A stretch of 64,000 bases of DNA, taken from positions 310,001 to 374,000 of the forward strand of contig CM061251.1 of assembly GCA_022605425.2 (NCBI GenBank). Direction: 5' to 3'. This DNA comes from Hamiltosporidium tvaerminnensis FI-OER-3-3 (lineage: Eukaryota > Fungi > Microsporidia). The first letter of the stretch is position 1. Each line of letters opens with the position of its first letter. The translations under genes were made by a program, and so were the position numbers. Below, piece after piece: positions 25,280-37,200 of the stretch. Under the pieces are notes generated by a model. The model was not told where the DNA came from and did no database searches. It worked only from the letters and a program-made list of their open reading frames with translations.

Positions 25280-26940
25280 ATGTATATTGGCTTAGTGATT
25301 AACAAAGAGAAGTCAGCTTCAAATGATACGTGTTGTGAAGATACTGCTACTCTTCTAGAAGGTATTAGTGTTTACAAATATTTAGGAATAAAAGAAGATA
25401 GCAAAGGAATCCGAAACGTAGCTCATTTGGGAAAGTACAGAGCAAACTTATATCAAGAGTGGAAAGACTTTGCCATACTAGATTAAATGCAAAAAATTTA
25501 TTTTCTGCAATCAATCAACATGCGATATCGTTAATCAACTACCACATAGGAGTACTTCGACTTGAACCGGCGGACTTCTCTAGTTAGATGATGCAGTGCG
25601 TGCGGTGTTGGTGAAGAATAAGCTACATCTTCGCCCAGGATGTAAAGAGCGATTTATATTCTTAGAACTGAGCCCTGGAAGAGCCTTACATAGTGTTGAG
25701 CTGCGAAGCGAACATATGCTTCTGCAACTCTTGGATTGTCTGGAAAAAAGTAAAGAAATATCAACTAGACGAGCAGCAATCCTAAAGGTGGAAAATAAAA
25801 ATAAAATCCATCTTATACCAATAAAAAGCTTCTTAAAGTAAAGTACAGGTTAGTAGAAGAAGTCACTAAGAAAGATTTGGAAGAAGCTCAACTTGCAAAA
25901 CATTTAAAGAAATAGAAAAACGAAGACTCCATTCAAAGCTATAAAATGCTAGAAAAAAAGAGCTTGTGAGTGTCAGTGACTCTTCAAGATGGTTAAAGAA
26001 AGGGAATATTAGGCCACGAAATGAAGCTGTGTTCTGCTATATCCAGGATAGAAATGAATTATAGGGTGCAGATGGTGTGTGTCAGTATTGCAGGAATACG
26101 GTTAAGACTGTAGATAATCTAGCAACTTGATGTGAAAAAATGCTAGACCATGACTACACCAGACGGCATAATGAAGTGGTTAGATGCATACACCTACTTC
26201 TCCTAAATAGATATTTTTAAGTCCTAAAAATGGATTAGAGTCACTTAGTTCAGGAAATTCTTGATAATGGGTTTACAGAGATACGCGTTGACACCAGAAT
26301 AAAAACTCATGTTAAAATCAGAATATCAGACCCGATATATATTTTAAATGAGAAGAAGAATAAGATAACACTCATTGAAGTAGGAATCACTTCCCAAGAG
26401 TTCCTTTAAATAGTTGAAACAGAAAAACTTAGGAAGTATGCATTGCTAGCCAATGATTTGGGTCTTATTTTCAAGTGTGGTATTGAGATAATCCCTTATG
26501 AGATGACCTGGGACGGAATTGTAACAAAATACCATAATTCACACCTTAAAAGACTAGAAATACCCATGGATTTAGAGACATATATTTACTCTATAGTACT
26601 CACGAAGACGTCGAAACAATTTCCTTTGATCGACGAAGAGGACTTGAGTCAGGACTAAATGCCGAAGAGAGCTGGGAGGGAGCGTCAATGGGTGTTATTA
26701 TGAGATCAGAGATGCATGAGGAACCAATACCTCCTTTAAAACAAGCGAAGAATGAGGAAGACGCTGCTAAAAATTTAAAAAAAATAATACACCCCAAATA
26801 TCAGAAAGAAAAACCACGTTTGATGGAACCGACATAAACATAAATAAGAGTCGGATTTGGGAGAAGAAACAGTAGTGGTAAAAAAGCTACAAGAAAATGC
26901 TTGAAAATATAAATCTATTAGCCCGGAATTTTATAAAATA
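25280..26940 (+). mobile_element. Decayed 5'-truncated R4 copy (~1.65 kb)
   Basis: Colinear with 18880-20560; many stops and indels; ends agcccggaattttataaaata. Confidence 0.93.
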
Positions 26941-26950
26941 TATGATTTAC

Positions 26951-27678
26951 ATATTCTATATAAAAATAGCAAAAAAAAATATTATGAAAAAGAAAAAAAA
27001 TTGGTTAATATACAAAAAAAATAAATGTCCTTAATTAATTTATTATTTTAAAGTAATGCACCACCTTGATGCTTAAATACATAATTTCGAAGTATTTTGC
27101 TTGAGCTTTGTTATCAAATTTTTGTATTTGGGTAAATCAACACGGAAAATCAGATTTGCATAAAGATTTTATTCTAGTTAAATTTTATTAATTCAATTTT
27201 TCTTCTAAAAAAAACCGCCATAAATCGATCGATAGTAAGTAATAAACAAAATGGTATTTCTTTTGAAAAAAAATAAAACAACCGAATATATGTAATAGAA
27301 GAAGAAATTGCAAATTCTTCTTCACCGGTGCAAAATGTTTTATTTTAATCATGTTCTCATTTCCTTTAAAATTGTTAAAAAGGCAGTTGGTTTTTAGCTT
27401 ATTTCTACAAACCAATTTCCTCCTTCATCTTAAGAAAAAAAATTCTGGGTTAAATATTCAAAAATTTTACAAAAAAATATATTTATTGTGGTTATCGTTT
27501 ACTTAATTGGTAAATTACAACAAATAAGATTTACTTAATACAAGATGTTATGATTTCAATTACGCGGCTTAAGCCTCAATATTTCTGTAGCATTCTATTT
27601 GTTCTATATTTTTTAATTTTTTATATTTTGAGTCATGATTTTTTTTATTGTTATTTTATCATACATTCTGCGATATAT
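26951..27678 (-). repeat. Dispersed repeat 'B', copy 2
   Basis: Inverted homolog of 5598-6325. Confidence 0.85.
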
Positions 27679-27685
27679 AGGGTTT

Positions 27686-27765
27686 TTCGATCAATATAAT
27701 AATCCTTGCAATCAATATAATAATTTTTCGATCAATATAATGATCCTTGCAATCAATATAATAAT
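27686..27765. repeat. 17/34-bp tandem repeat between repeats B and A
   Basis: tttttcgatcaatatataataatccttgcaatcaatata twice. Confidence 0.75.
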
Positions 27766-27804
27766 TATTTTTAAAAAATAAAAAGTTAAAAAATTTTTAT
27801 TTAT

Positions 27805-28521
27805 TTTTATTTAAAAGTATCACATCTTTTTGAAACAGATAAGCGGTATATTTGTTTTAATGACATTAACGCAGTCTAGGTTTTAAATAATTGCTACCCT
27901 AACACTCCATCAGTAACCCCTGCGATACCTACGTCCCAAAGCCTTTCATCTACCATGTGTGTAGAACCTAAATAATAGGCGAGGCAGTTGCCCGGAGTTC
28001 GTTTTATGTCCGTTGCATGGAGTGTGATCGAAGGCCGAAGCCCCCCTGGGCTCCCCCCAAGACTATGCAGCATTTCCACTTACTCTACACTTTCTGAACC
28101 CAATAAACTTCTAGCTAAGACATATTTCAGAGACTTAAATGGGGTCCACCTAGACAGTGCAATGTTATACCAACAGGTATAACCTGCTACTTAGCTTTCC
28201 TGGCTTTAAATGGTTTTTTGTTTTTTATCTCCCAGGCGCTAAGTCTTCTAACCCGAGTGAGCAGAGGCTAGGTTTCCATGCTTTTATATGGCAATTACCT
28301 ACATGTTCAGCTGCGGTCTGCAATTTGGTTACATAAAAAACTACAAATAAATTCGTAGAAAAAGTTTCACCATTTCTTAGACCTCTCCTCTTCATAACAA
28401 CTTCCAATGAACAACCGAAGATGTAGTGTGGTTTTACTCCCACCAAAAATCCAAACAATGATCTTCGCACCAGTTTCACACACTCATTGCCAAGCAGAAA
28501 GTTTTTATTTTGGATATCCAC
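27805..28521 (-). mobile_element. ~710-nt structured non-coding element 'A', young copy
   Basis: Highly similar to 34431-35143 and 37201-37920; GC-rich relative to flanks; no clear TSD found. Confidence 0.92.
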
Positions 28522-28689
28522 CCTCCACCTTTAATGTCCAGAACAAGTATGATATTTTTTATATTTTTAATTTAGATAAATTTATGATTTATGATATATA
28601 TTTGTTTTTTTAAATTTTTTTAATTATATAATTTAAGTAATAATTATTTTATATTGGACCTAATTAATCGAAAAATGGTATAAGTAATA

Positions 28690-29200
28690 ACTATCTTTCT
28701 TAAAACAATGAGTGAAATTGATGAGTAAAGCATTTTTAATTTTCTGGTGAGATGATAACAATACTAAATTTTGATTTTCTATGATAGTTTCTACGGAAAT
28801 GAAGGTCTAAAAGCGATGAAAAGTTTTGTAAAAAGTTGTTTTGTCTTCTTTTATAAGGGACTAAATTACGAATCAGGATTAAATTTGATATTAATTACCA
28901 TGAAAAAGCAAAAAAACCTAACCTTACCCACTTGGGTTGTAAAAAATAGCACATGGGTAATAGATACATAATAAAACATTGAAGTAGCCGTAGATGCTAA
29001 CTAATATGTTATAGCTGTTAATTTGATACTGCGACGTCTATATATAGCCTCCTCTATAAACTAAAAAACATTTTATCTGAAGGTCTATTTTTTTAGAAGT
29101 GTAACGATGAAAACATGGATTGATTTTTGAGGAGCCAGTGGTAATAGGCGACATAAAAACTCACATTAGGTAACAAATTATATCTAAATCAAGTCAAATA
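28690..29200 (+). mobile_element. Old, diverged copy of element 'A', head-to-head with the 27805-28521 copy
   Basis: Colinear caatgagtgaaa, aggtctaa, taattaccatgaaaaagca, aaacctaacctt..cacttgggtt, gttatagctgtt, gaggagcc. Confidence 0.65.
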
Positions 29201-30556
29201 CTACATTCTTGATTTGACTTTAGACATATTTTGGAGGAAAAACTTTGAAATGTAGATATCTGAAAAAATTAAGTTAGTATTAGGATGAGGTTATCTCTAT
29301 GAGACTTATATCAGAGTTATTGCCATAAAAAAAATTATAAAATATGTTGGCATTATAAGTATATGGGAATTTATAGGTGTTCAATGTATTCCTATTCATG
29401 TATCTATTGTATACATGTTGGTGTATCGATATTTTTCTTTCAAATTAAGATTGACTTATTTTGTAGATGGTAGGTAAATGAGATATTAGTCGGATTAATT
29501 TAACTTGAAGTTTCGGTAAAATTCTTAGAACTTTAATGAAAACACAATTAAAAATGATTTATATTTATATACAAACCAACTAATGAATTTGTTCGAAATT
29601 CAAATTACTTTGGATTTGTTTTATTTTAATTTTTCTTTAGGAGATAATTGTAGCTTCTTTTGTATTTAACAGCGTTGTTAGATTTATATTCGATTTAATT
29701 TTTCTGTATTTGTATTTACAAGTATATGTTCGATAATTTTGAAATGTTTTTGTTTAAAATATTTTTTTTATTAATGTATACGTATAGTAGGACCAGGGAA
29801 GACACAAACCCCGAATATTTTATAATATGCCTTTGAATTTTTCCCTATTTTCTAAAAAGGTGATGTCCATTTAATATTTTGAGTCAGTACAAGAAATATT
29901 TTTCATGTTTTTCAAAATACCATCGACCAATATTTCCTATAATTTTACTTGTATTTAAGGTCTCAAAAAACGCATCTTATACTAATTTGTAATAGCACAG
30001 TCTTAAGTTATAACAAGAGAATTTGAGATCCAAATATGGTATTATATATAAAACTTGACATATTTTAAAAGTCTAACTTCTTACATTATGTTTTTTTAGA
30101 TTCGAAGTAATTCTACATAGCAAATCGGACGAGGCTATGTTTATCTTATTTTATGATAGGAACTAAAAATATTCGGGTAATTATTCTGGGCACTAATCAA
30201 AAATTTCTAAATGTAGACAATCTCCCCTGTAATTTAGCTTTGATTTCTTTGATTAAAGAATAATTGTCAATATCAAATAGAAACAAACCAAATTAAAGTT
30301 TAATATGTAAATCATCTTTTATAAACCAAGATTATTTTAGATAGTTGAGATCATCTTTTTAATATATGAATCTATACCATTAGAATTAGCTGGATCTCTA
30401 CATAAAATGATTTATTGGGCAAATCAAGACATATCGAGAAGCAATTAGATTTTTGTACTAGGAAAGTTCCTTTAATGTGATTTAACCTTTCATATTTAAA
30501 TTTAGTTCAATGTAGCTAACTATACTATTAAAAAACATGTCATATACTCGCTTAGA

Positions 30557-30774
30557 TTAATGGTCTAGTGGTTTCGATATCGGAAATCACTTTTAAGGGA
30601 CCGGGTTTGATCCTCGGTTAGTGCTCTCTTTATCTTTCGTTCAGAAAGTTTGCGGGAGGCTTACAACCTAACAAATCAAAAGAAAATTGTCTTTGTAACG
30701 CATGTAACTTGGCAAAGCTATATTTCACGTTGGATTGTGTTCCATCCTTAAAGAGGGAGATATTAAAAATATAA
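30557..30774 (+). mobile_element. tRNA-derived SINE (~218 bp) with a 13-bp TSD
   Basis: A box TGGTCTAGTGG (30561-30571); B box GGTTTGATCC inside the T-arm ccggg/ctcgg; A-rich tail; TSD atactcgcttaga at 30544-30556 and 30775-30787. Confidence 0.85.
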
Positions 30775-31544
30775 ATACTCGCTTAGAATAAATTAAAAAA
30801 GAAAAAAATGGTTTATGAAATGCCAGAAGTATATTAAAGAAAATTTACTATGTTGTTAGCGGGCCTTAAACGGTTCCGAAATGCCTAATAATGCAAAATA
30901 TTCAATTAAAAAAAGAATCAACAAGTAAATTAACCTATATTGAACCTACAGGACCTTATACTTCCGAAATTTTATAGGTTAACTAAAGAAACGAAAAATG
31001 TCAGGTGTATTATAAAGAAACATAATATGTGGAATATATAGGCAGCGATTGGAAATAATAGTGTGAAAAGGTACAAATCTAGAAATATATAAGCTTCATC
31101 AAGTAGTCAAGTTTGTCCTTGTAATGAAACAAAGAAGGCATAGGCGCAAGGCACGTAGAATGAATGTTGTTTAAAAGAGCTGTTAGTTTATTCTTAGATC
31201 TGCTTTTAAGGGTAAGATAAGCCTAGGTGGATCACTAAAAAGAGGGCTACTAGCTGATGTTTAAAGAAATATAAGAAAATCTAATTTATCGCTTTGAAAA
31301 GTTTAGTTCACAATTCAGAAGAATTGGTGGTATGCCGTCCAGGAGTTATGTGCTAATAATAACTCTATAGTTTGTTATTCAGATAGTTATTTAAATGTTT
31401 TATTTGGGATGAAGTACATGACACACCTAAGAAATCTGAATACAAAAAAAATTTAAATAAAAAAAGTCAAATATCCTTTATTGATCTTCATTTTTTCTTT
31501 GTCGTTTTGGCAAATATCACCTATGCTAGGATTTTGACAATCAA

Positions 31545-33089
31545 CTATCTGTCGTTTTTATAGTCAGAATCACGAATTTCATCCCGCATTTCCTGAATTT
31601 TTCCCCTGAATTTCGTTATAAACTTCATGCTTTCAAGGATAAATTTTTGGCAATCGGGATTAGTACATTGATATGCGGATTTAAAATGATTATTTCCGGT
31701 ATCCGGAGAACAGTCCTGTATTATTTCGCCATTAACTTTAGTACAGTTGTTTCCTGTTTTCAACGGTTGAAGAGGATTTGTACTGGATTTTTTTTTATTT
31801 GTGCAATCATAGTCGACGGCCTCTTCTAGAGGATTTGATTCATCGCCATATACTTTGTCCGCATGTTTTACTCGAGTAAAATATAGGCTTGGTAAGTTGT
31901 TGTGACTCCCTTTTGTCTTAGGGGAACTTGTCTTAGGGTAAATATTTTTTGAAATTTCATCGTTTAAATCAAAAATATTTGATTGTATTGATGCGATCGA
32001 ATCATTATCTGAAGAGTTTTTTGAGATTGAATCATTATCTGAAGAGTTTTTTGGGATAGAATTACTATCTGATGCATTATTTGACTCGAGGGTACCCTGA
32101 GGAAGTCTTGTTTGATAAAATCGGTCATTAGAAGATATATTCGAATTGATTGTGAAAACACCACTATTATGTTTCATAGAAATATTATCAGAAGCGTTTT
32201 TGCTTGATGAAGATAATTTTTTTTGTAAGAAACGCATTTTCTTGGGTGAAGAATTATCGGAATTATTTGTATATTCCTTACCATAAAAGGATCTCATATA
32301 TTCACCAAAGCCAGGTTTGTCTATATCGAGAGCGCTCGGACGCATAAAATTACAGCTTTTAGTTTTCTCTTCAGGAAAGAGACTCCTTTTCGCTTTATTA
32401 ATACAGATTGCCTGGGCTCGAATCCGAATATCTTTAGGTTCTAAAAAAGAATTTCTTTTGTTGTCAGTCTTATCTCTAGAATCAATCGAAATTTGTTCCG
32501 TCTCTGTTACCATAGATCTATCAATGCAACTTGATTGATCCGAATCTATTTGGGAAGTTAGAGCATTACTATTTGAATCACTAAAAATTAGTGAATTTTG
32601 TTCGACTCCTTTTGGTAAAGGCGTAGATTTTACTATGCGTTTTCTATTTGAATTTGTATCGGATATAACTTTAAATTTGATTTCATCTGAATCACTATTT
32701 ACCGATATACTAGAATTATGTTCAATTTTATTTAAACCAAGACTAATACTTTGATTTTCTGAGGAAACAGGAAAGTTTTTTCTAATATATCTACGGGTTC
32801 TGCTAGTATTTCTATTATACCATGGTAGAAGATATTTTAGCCTTTTAAAATTCCAACGTGCAATTTTTTTTCCCGAAGTGCCAGATTCTTTCTGCGTAAC
32901 AAAGTCGGCATAAGAAGATGTTTCGGAATTACTACTTTCTAAAACCCTACCATTTTCCGACATTCGAGCTTTGCAATCTACACACCGTAATACGGTATCA
33001 TTTACTGGTTTATTTTCTTTATGACGGGCTGTTATTCCAAAACCAATATTCAGCATTATATAGAATCCACATCGACTAAAAAGTCTCAT
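31545..33089 (-). CDS. Hypothetical Ser/Asn-rich protein, possible N-terminal signal peptide
   Basis: 514-aa ORF; weakly hydrophobic N-terminus; internal 10-aa tandem repeat (KNSSDNDSIS). Confidence 0.75.
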   Translation of the reverse strand: MRLFSRCGFYIMLNIGFGITARHKENKPVNDTVLRCVDCKARMSENGRVLESSNSETSSYADFVTQKESGTSGKKIARWNFKRLKYLLPWYNRNTSRTRRYIRKNFPVSSENQSISLGLNKIEHNSSISVNSDSDEIKFKVISDTNSNRKRIVKSTPLPKGVEQNSLIFSDSNSNALTSQIDSDQSSCIDRSMVTETEQISIDSRDKTDNKRNSFLEPKDIRIRAQAICINKAKRSLFPEEKTKSCNFMRPSALDIDKPGFGEYMRSFYGKEYTNNSDNSSPKKMRFLQKKLSSSSKNASDNISMKHNSGVFTINSNISSNDRFYQTRLPQGTLESNNASDSNSIPKNSSDNDSISKNSSDNDSIASIQSNIFDLNDEISKNIYPKTSSPKTKGSHNNLPSLYFTRVKHADKVYGDESNPLEEAVDYDCTNKKKSSTNPLQPLKTGNNCTKVNGEIIQDCSPDTGNNHFKSAYQCTNPDCQKFILESMKFITKFRGKIQEMRDEIRDSDYKNDR

Positions 33090-34430
33090 ATTTTTTTATT
33101 TTTACGATATTTATACTTTTAAAAATATAAAAAAACTTTATTTTTTGATATATCAAACTTTAAAATATCGAATTCTTATTTTTTTTCAAAATCATAATTT
33201 TATAAAATGAAAAAAATCTCTATTTATAGAATATATTATAATGATAAATTGTTAAGTCATGCGTGAGACATAAGTCGTATGTTCAAAAAATACATTCTTA
33301 TATATTTATAATACAAATATAAAATTTTATTTAATGATTAGACTACTTTTAATTATCTATTTTTATAAAAGGTTTATTTTAGAGAATAATAAAATATAAT
33401 ATATTTTTTGGAGATATTAGACTTAAAACAATATTCTGATTTTTTAAGCGTAAATTTTGAAGAATTTAGATTTATGTTTCCAAATCATCTAGGAAACATC
33501 AATAAATTTAATTTTCTCATGATATTCTATTATTTTAGATATGTTTATATTTAAATAGTTATTAGATGCAAACTTGTTAATCGAACTTCGTAATATAAAT
33601 TGTAAAATCCTTATTATAAATATCTCACAGCCAAATTATAAAGAAAATATGCACAGCAAAGTAAAAACATTTTTAATCAGATCTTATGTTTTAGAGAGAA
33701 TTTATTTAATGTATCAATTGAAAATTTGAATGTAAAAAACAGCCACATTTTTGTTAACATCTTCCTATATATTTTAGAGTTCGTTTTATTTTTTAATTCA
33801 TTATTATATCAATCTATAAAGAAATAATTACAAGAAATATAAGCTTAATTTACACCAATATGTATTATTTTTTTAAAAATACAAATGAAATGATAATATA
33901 GCTTGACGCAAAAACCAAAAAGAATATTTTTCGTGTTATTTGCTTCTTTGACACTTAATTCAAATTTAAAATCAGCTTAAAGTATGCAAAGCAGATTTAA
34001 ATAATCAGATCAAACCTTATCAAATGATTTTGATTACTATTTTACAATCTTGATCGTTTTAATTTATGGTTTTCCGAATAAATGAATTTGTAAGAAATTT
34101 TTCTAAATAATATTCTGTAATCTTTATATTATATCATTTCTTTCTTAATCTTTTTTGAATTTATTAAAGAAAAAATGAAAACGTTTATCTTGTTTTAATT
34201 TAAATTTTAATTTTTACGAGAGATTTATAAAAGGAGAAAGTGATAGGATTTTACTAAGTTTGATGCCACTAAAAATTTAATTCTATCAGAAACCTACTAC
34301 ATTGTAAGATATGTTAATAATTCTTTTAAATTAAGATTAGAATAAAAAATCCTCTGCATATTTTTTTGCATTTAATAGTAATTTTTATAACCCACCTTTT
34401 AAAATTAATTTGACGCTTGAGAGAAAAAAA

Positions 34431-35143
34431 CTTTATTTAAAAGTATCACATATTTTTAAAATAGTGGCAAGTGTTATATTTATTTTTCTGACATTAAGGC
34501 TGTTCTAGGTTAAATATAAATAACTGCTGCCCCAACACTCCATTGGTAACCCCTGCGATACCTACGTCCCAAAGCCTTTCATCTACCAGGTGTGTAGAAC
34601 CTAAATAATAGGTGAGGCAGTTGCTTGAAGTTCGTTACTGTCCGTTGCATGGAGTGTGATCGAAGGCCGAAGTCCATCCTGGGCACCCCTAAGACTATGC
34701 AGCATTCCCACTTACTCTACACTTTCTGAACCCAATAAACTTCTAGCTAAGATATATTTCAGAGATTAACATAGGGTCCACTGAGACAGTGCAATGTCAT
34801 ACCAATAGGTATAACCTGCTACTTAGCTCTCCCGGCTTTTAATGGTTTTTTGTTTTTATATCTCACAGGCGCTAAGTCTTCTAACCCGAGTGAGCAAGGT
34901 TGGGTTTCCATGCTTTTACATGGCAATTACCTACATGTTCAGCTGCAGTCTACAATCTGGTTGCATAAAAAACTACAAATAAATTCGTAGAAAAAGTTTC
35001 ACCATTTCTTAGACCTTTCCTCCTCATAACAACTTCCATGGAACAACCGAAGATGTAGTGTGGTTTTATTCCCGCCAAAAATCCAAACAATGATCTTCAT
35101 ACCGTTTAACTCATGCCAAGCAGAGTTTTATGTGGTTCCCACA
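34431..35143 (-). mobile_element. Element 'A', full-length copy with a 13-bp TSD
   Basis: TSD tgagagaaaaaaa at 34418-34430 and 35144-35156. On the minus strand it starts TGTGGGAACCACA and ends GTGATACTTTTAAATAAAG. Confidence 0.93.
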
Positions 35144-35362
35144 TGAGAGAAAAAAATATATTCAAGATTTGCAAATTATTTTAATTTATCAAATTGTATT
35201 TTTCTATAGAAAATCGTAATTCAGAATTTTAAAAAAGCATAAAAATAAAAACCCGACATAAAACTTAAATTTTTAAAGCAGAAAATATTTTAAAAAAATA
35301 TTCAGGCGTACAACACAAAATTATAATTTATTTAATATAAAGTTTTAATTACAAATTATTTT

Positions 35363-36538
35363 TTACTTTCTATAGAAATCGAAGAAAGAATAAAAATAAT
35401 TTTTGTATTCCGCACATACTCTTATAATTTCATTATTTTTTGTATCAAAAATAAGATTCTGTAAAAGCATCATAACTTTGAACAAAGAATTGGTCAACCC
35501 AGATTCCAACTTGACTTCACTCGAAATGCTTATTACACCATTTTTTAAAATTTTGGTTTTTTCTAAGGAATCATGTTTTATATTTTGTTCTAAACTTTTT
35601 AAAAGTAATTTGAATTCACCGACCCAAAGAGTTCTGTCCTTGGAAATTGTCTTCGTTCCACTGACTTTTCTTATCAGTTCTTCAAGAGCAGGATCATCAA
35701 TATAAATACCAACTTTATTTCTTTTATTCTGATATTCCATTGATTTTGCTTTTTTTGAAAGAACATCTAACACATCTTTCGTATCTTTTGCAAAAGTAGT
35801 GGGATATTCAACTCTAAAAACATTTGGAACCACATCATGTAAAGAATAATTCATATTTTCATACTTTTCTGCTACTTTGTCGAGGTAATCATCAAAATCT
35901 CTTTCAGAATCGTTCATCTTCCAATAATATCTATTAGATAGTTTTATTTTACCACTATTTTCACTTAAATCAACCTTAGATCGAACTTCATTTTCACCTA
36001 AAATTTCTTTCCCACTGTTTGAAACGAGATTCTCATGCAACGTAGCTTCAGAAACCCCTTCACAATATTTTTCATCCTTTTCAATATTTTTACCCTCCTC
36101 TTTCGCCACAATACTTCCCCCAACAATAATCGTATTTCTATCAATAAGATGACACTCTCGATTAAAACTTTTATTTTCAATTAAAATTCCAGATACAACA
36201 TTTCTTTTAAACATTTTACTCTCATTTTTCTTCTCTTCATTCTCGAACACAAACTTTTTCTTCTCTAAAAGCTTAATCCGCTCTCTATAGTTCTCTTCAT
36301 ACATCTCAACCATCTTCTTGTATCTAATATCTTCACAATACTCTACAACACTTGCATACCCGTTTTCTTTACTTTCATTTTCTAATTTAATATATATTTC
36401 CCTCCATTTATAATATAAATTCACATTAAAATCTGCTTTTGAAAAAATATAGTTTTTTATATGAATATCACTAGATTTACCATAAATATTTACAGCGTAA
36501 GCAAGTATTAACTTTTGTGTTGTTGTTATTTTATCCAT
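35363..36538 (-). CDS. Hypothetical protein, possibly a highly diverged BRD8-like NuA4 subunit
   Basis: 391-aa ORF with CCC before the ATG. N-terminal TTQKLILAYAVNIYG resembles the BRD8 N-terminal SANT-like helix; C-terminal VMMLLQNLIF resembles a bromodomain helix. The CDS is likely; the product call is weak. Confidence 0.6.
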   Translation of the reverse strand: MDKITTTQKLILAYAVNIYGKSSDIHIKNYIFSKADFNVNLYYKWREIYIKLENESKENGYASVVEYCEDIRYKKMVEMYEENYRERIKLLEKKKFVFENEEKKNESKMFKRNVVSGILIENKSFNRECHLIDRNTIIVGGSIVAKEEGKNIEKDEKYCEGVSEATLHENLVSNSGKEILGENEVRSKVDLSENSGKIKLSNRYYWKMNDSERDFDDYLDKVAEKYENMNYSLHDVVPNVFRVEYPTTFAKDTKDVLDVLSKKAKSMEYQNKRNKVGIYIDDPALEELIRKVSGTKTISKDRTLWVGEFKLLLKSLEQNIKHDSLEKTKILKNGVISISSEVKLESGLTNSLFKVMMLLQNLIFDTKNNEIIRVCAEYKNYFYSFFDFYRK

Positions 36539-36667
36539 AAGGGTAACCCACTTTTCCGTTATTTTTTTTAAATTTTTCTCCTATTTTCCGTTGGTTTTTT
36601 TGTAATTTTAAAATTTTAAAACTATAATTGGTACGTTAAATATTATTTTTAAAAAATGGAAAAAATG

Positions 36668-36732
36668 ATTATTTAATAAAACTCTGGGTTAAAATTTTTT
36701 ACGATTTTTTTGCATTTTCTCCTACCTCTTTT
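36668..36732 (-). mobile_element. ~65-bp 3'-terminal stub of the R4 element
   Basis: Reverse complement aaagaggtaggagaaaatgc...ttttaacccagagttttattaaataa matches 20494-20557; flanked by a duplicated ttttaaaaaatggaaaaa. Confidence 0.8.
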
Positions 36733-37200
36733 AAAAAATGGAAAAATAATTATTTCAAATAATTATAGATATTCATAATCGTTAAAAAATATATTTTTTT
36801 TAAATTAAATGATTTAAATGAATTTATTTTACCTATTGAGACCAACAACATAAACTATATGTCCATGTCTTTAAATTTTGTTTTTGTAATATAAATATAG
36901 TATAGTGATATATTAATTTCTTTGTTATACCCATCATATAGATCTTACTAATAAGTACCAATTAAATTTATATCATATTACTGTTTAATATTTTAATTGT
37001 TTTAATCAATGATACTTTGTTGGTTTAATTAGTAAATTTCTTTCTAAATTTAATCAAAAAAACTAAATGTGTAATTAAATATAAGTTAGTTAATAATTTA
37101 TGTGGTTATTCATTATTACAATTATCGTTTTGTACGAATAAATTTACAAATATTTTATTTGAAAAATATTTATGAAGAAATAACCTTAATTATATCATTA

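Noticed and set aside
27894-28030. Twister-like words (CCTAACACT, GTCCCAAAGCC, AGTG) or a telomerase-template-like CTACCCTAAC on the strand opposite A's tail
   Set aside because: Spacing and P4/pseudoknot partners do not fit, and the words differ in the other copies.
27894-28613. Short ORFs (61-98 aa) on both strands of element A
   Set aside because: Not preserved in the other young copies, which differ by indels; several use non-ATG starts.
29600-30500. Possible very old Gypsy integrase relic (KWTSPF, PANSNGI), likewise 58600-59650
   Set aside because: Only isolated short words; cannot be supported without a translated search.
30557-30625. Functional tRNA gene
   Set aside because: The 5' acceptor strand and anticodon arm do not pair properly, the T-loop is TTTGA, and it lies within a TSD-bounded SINE.
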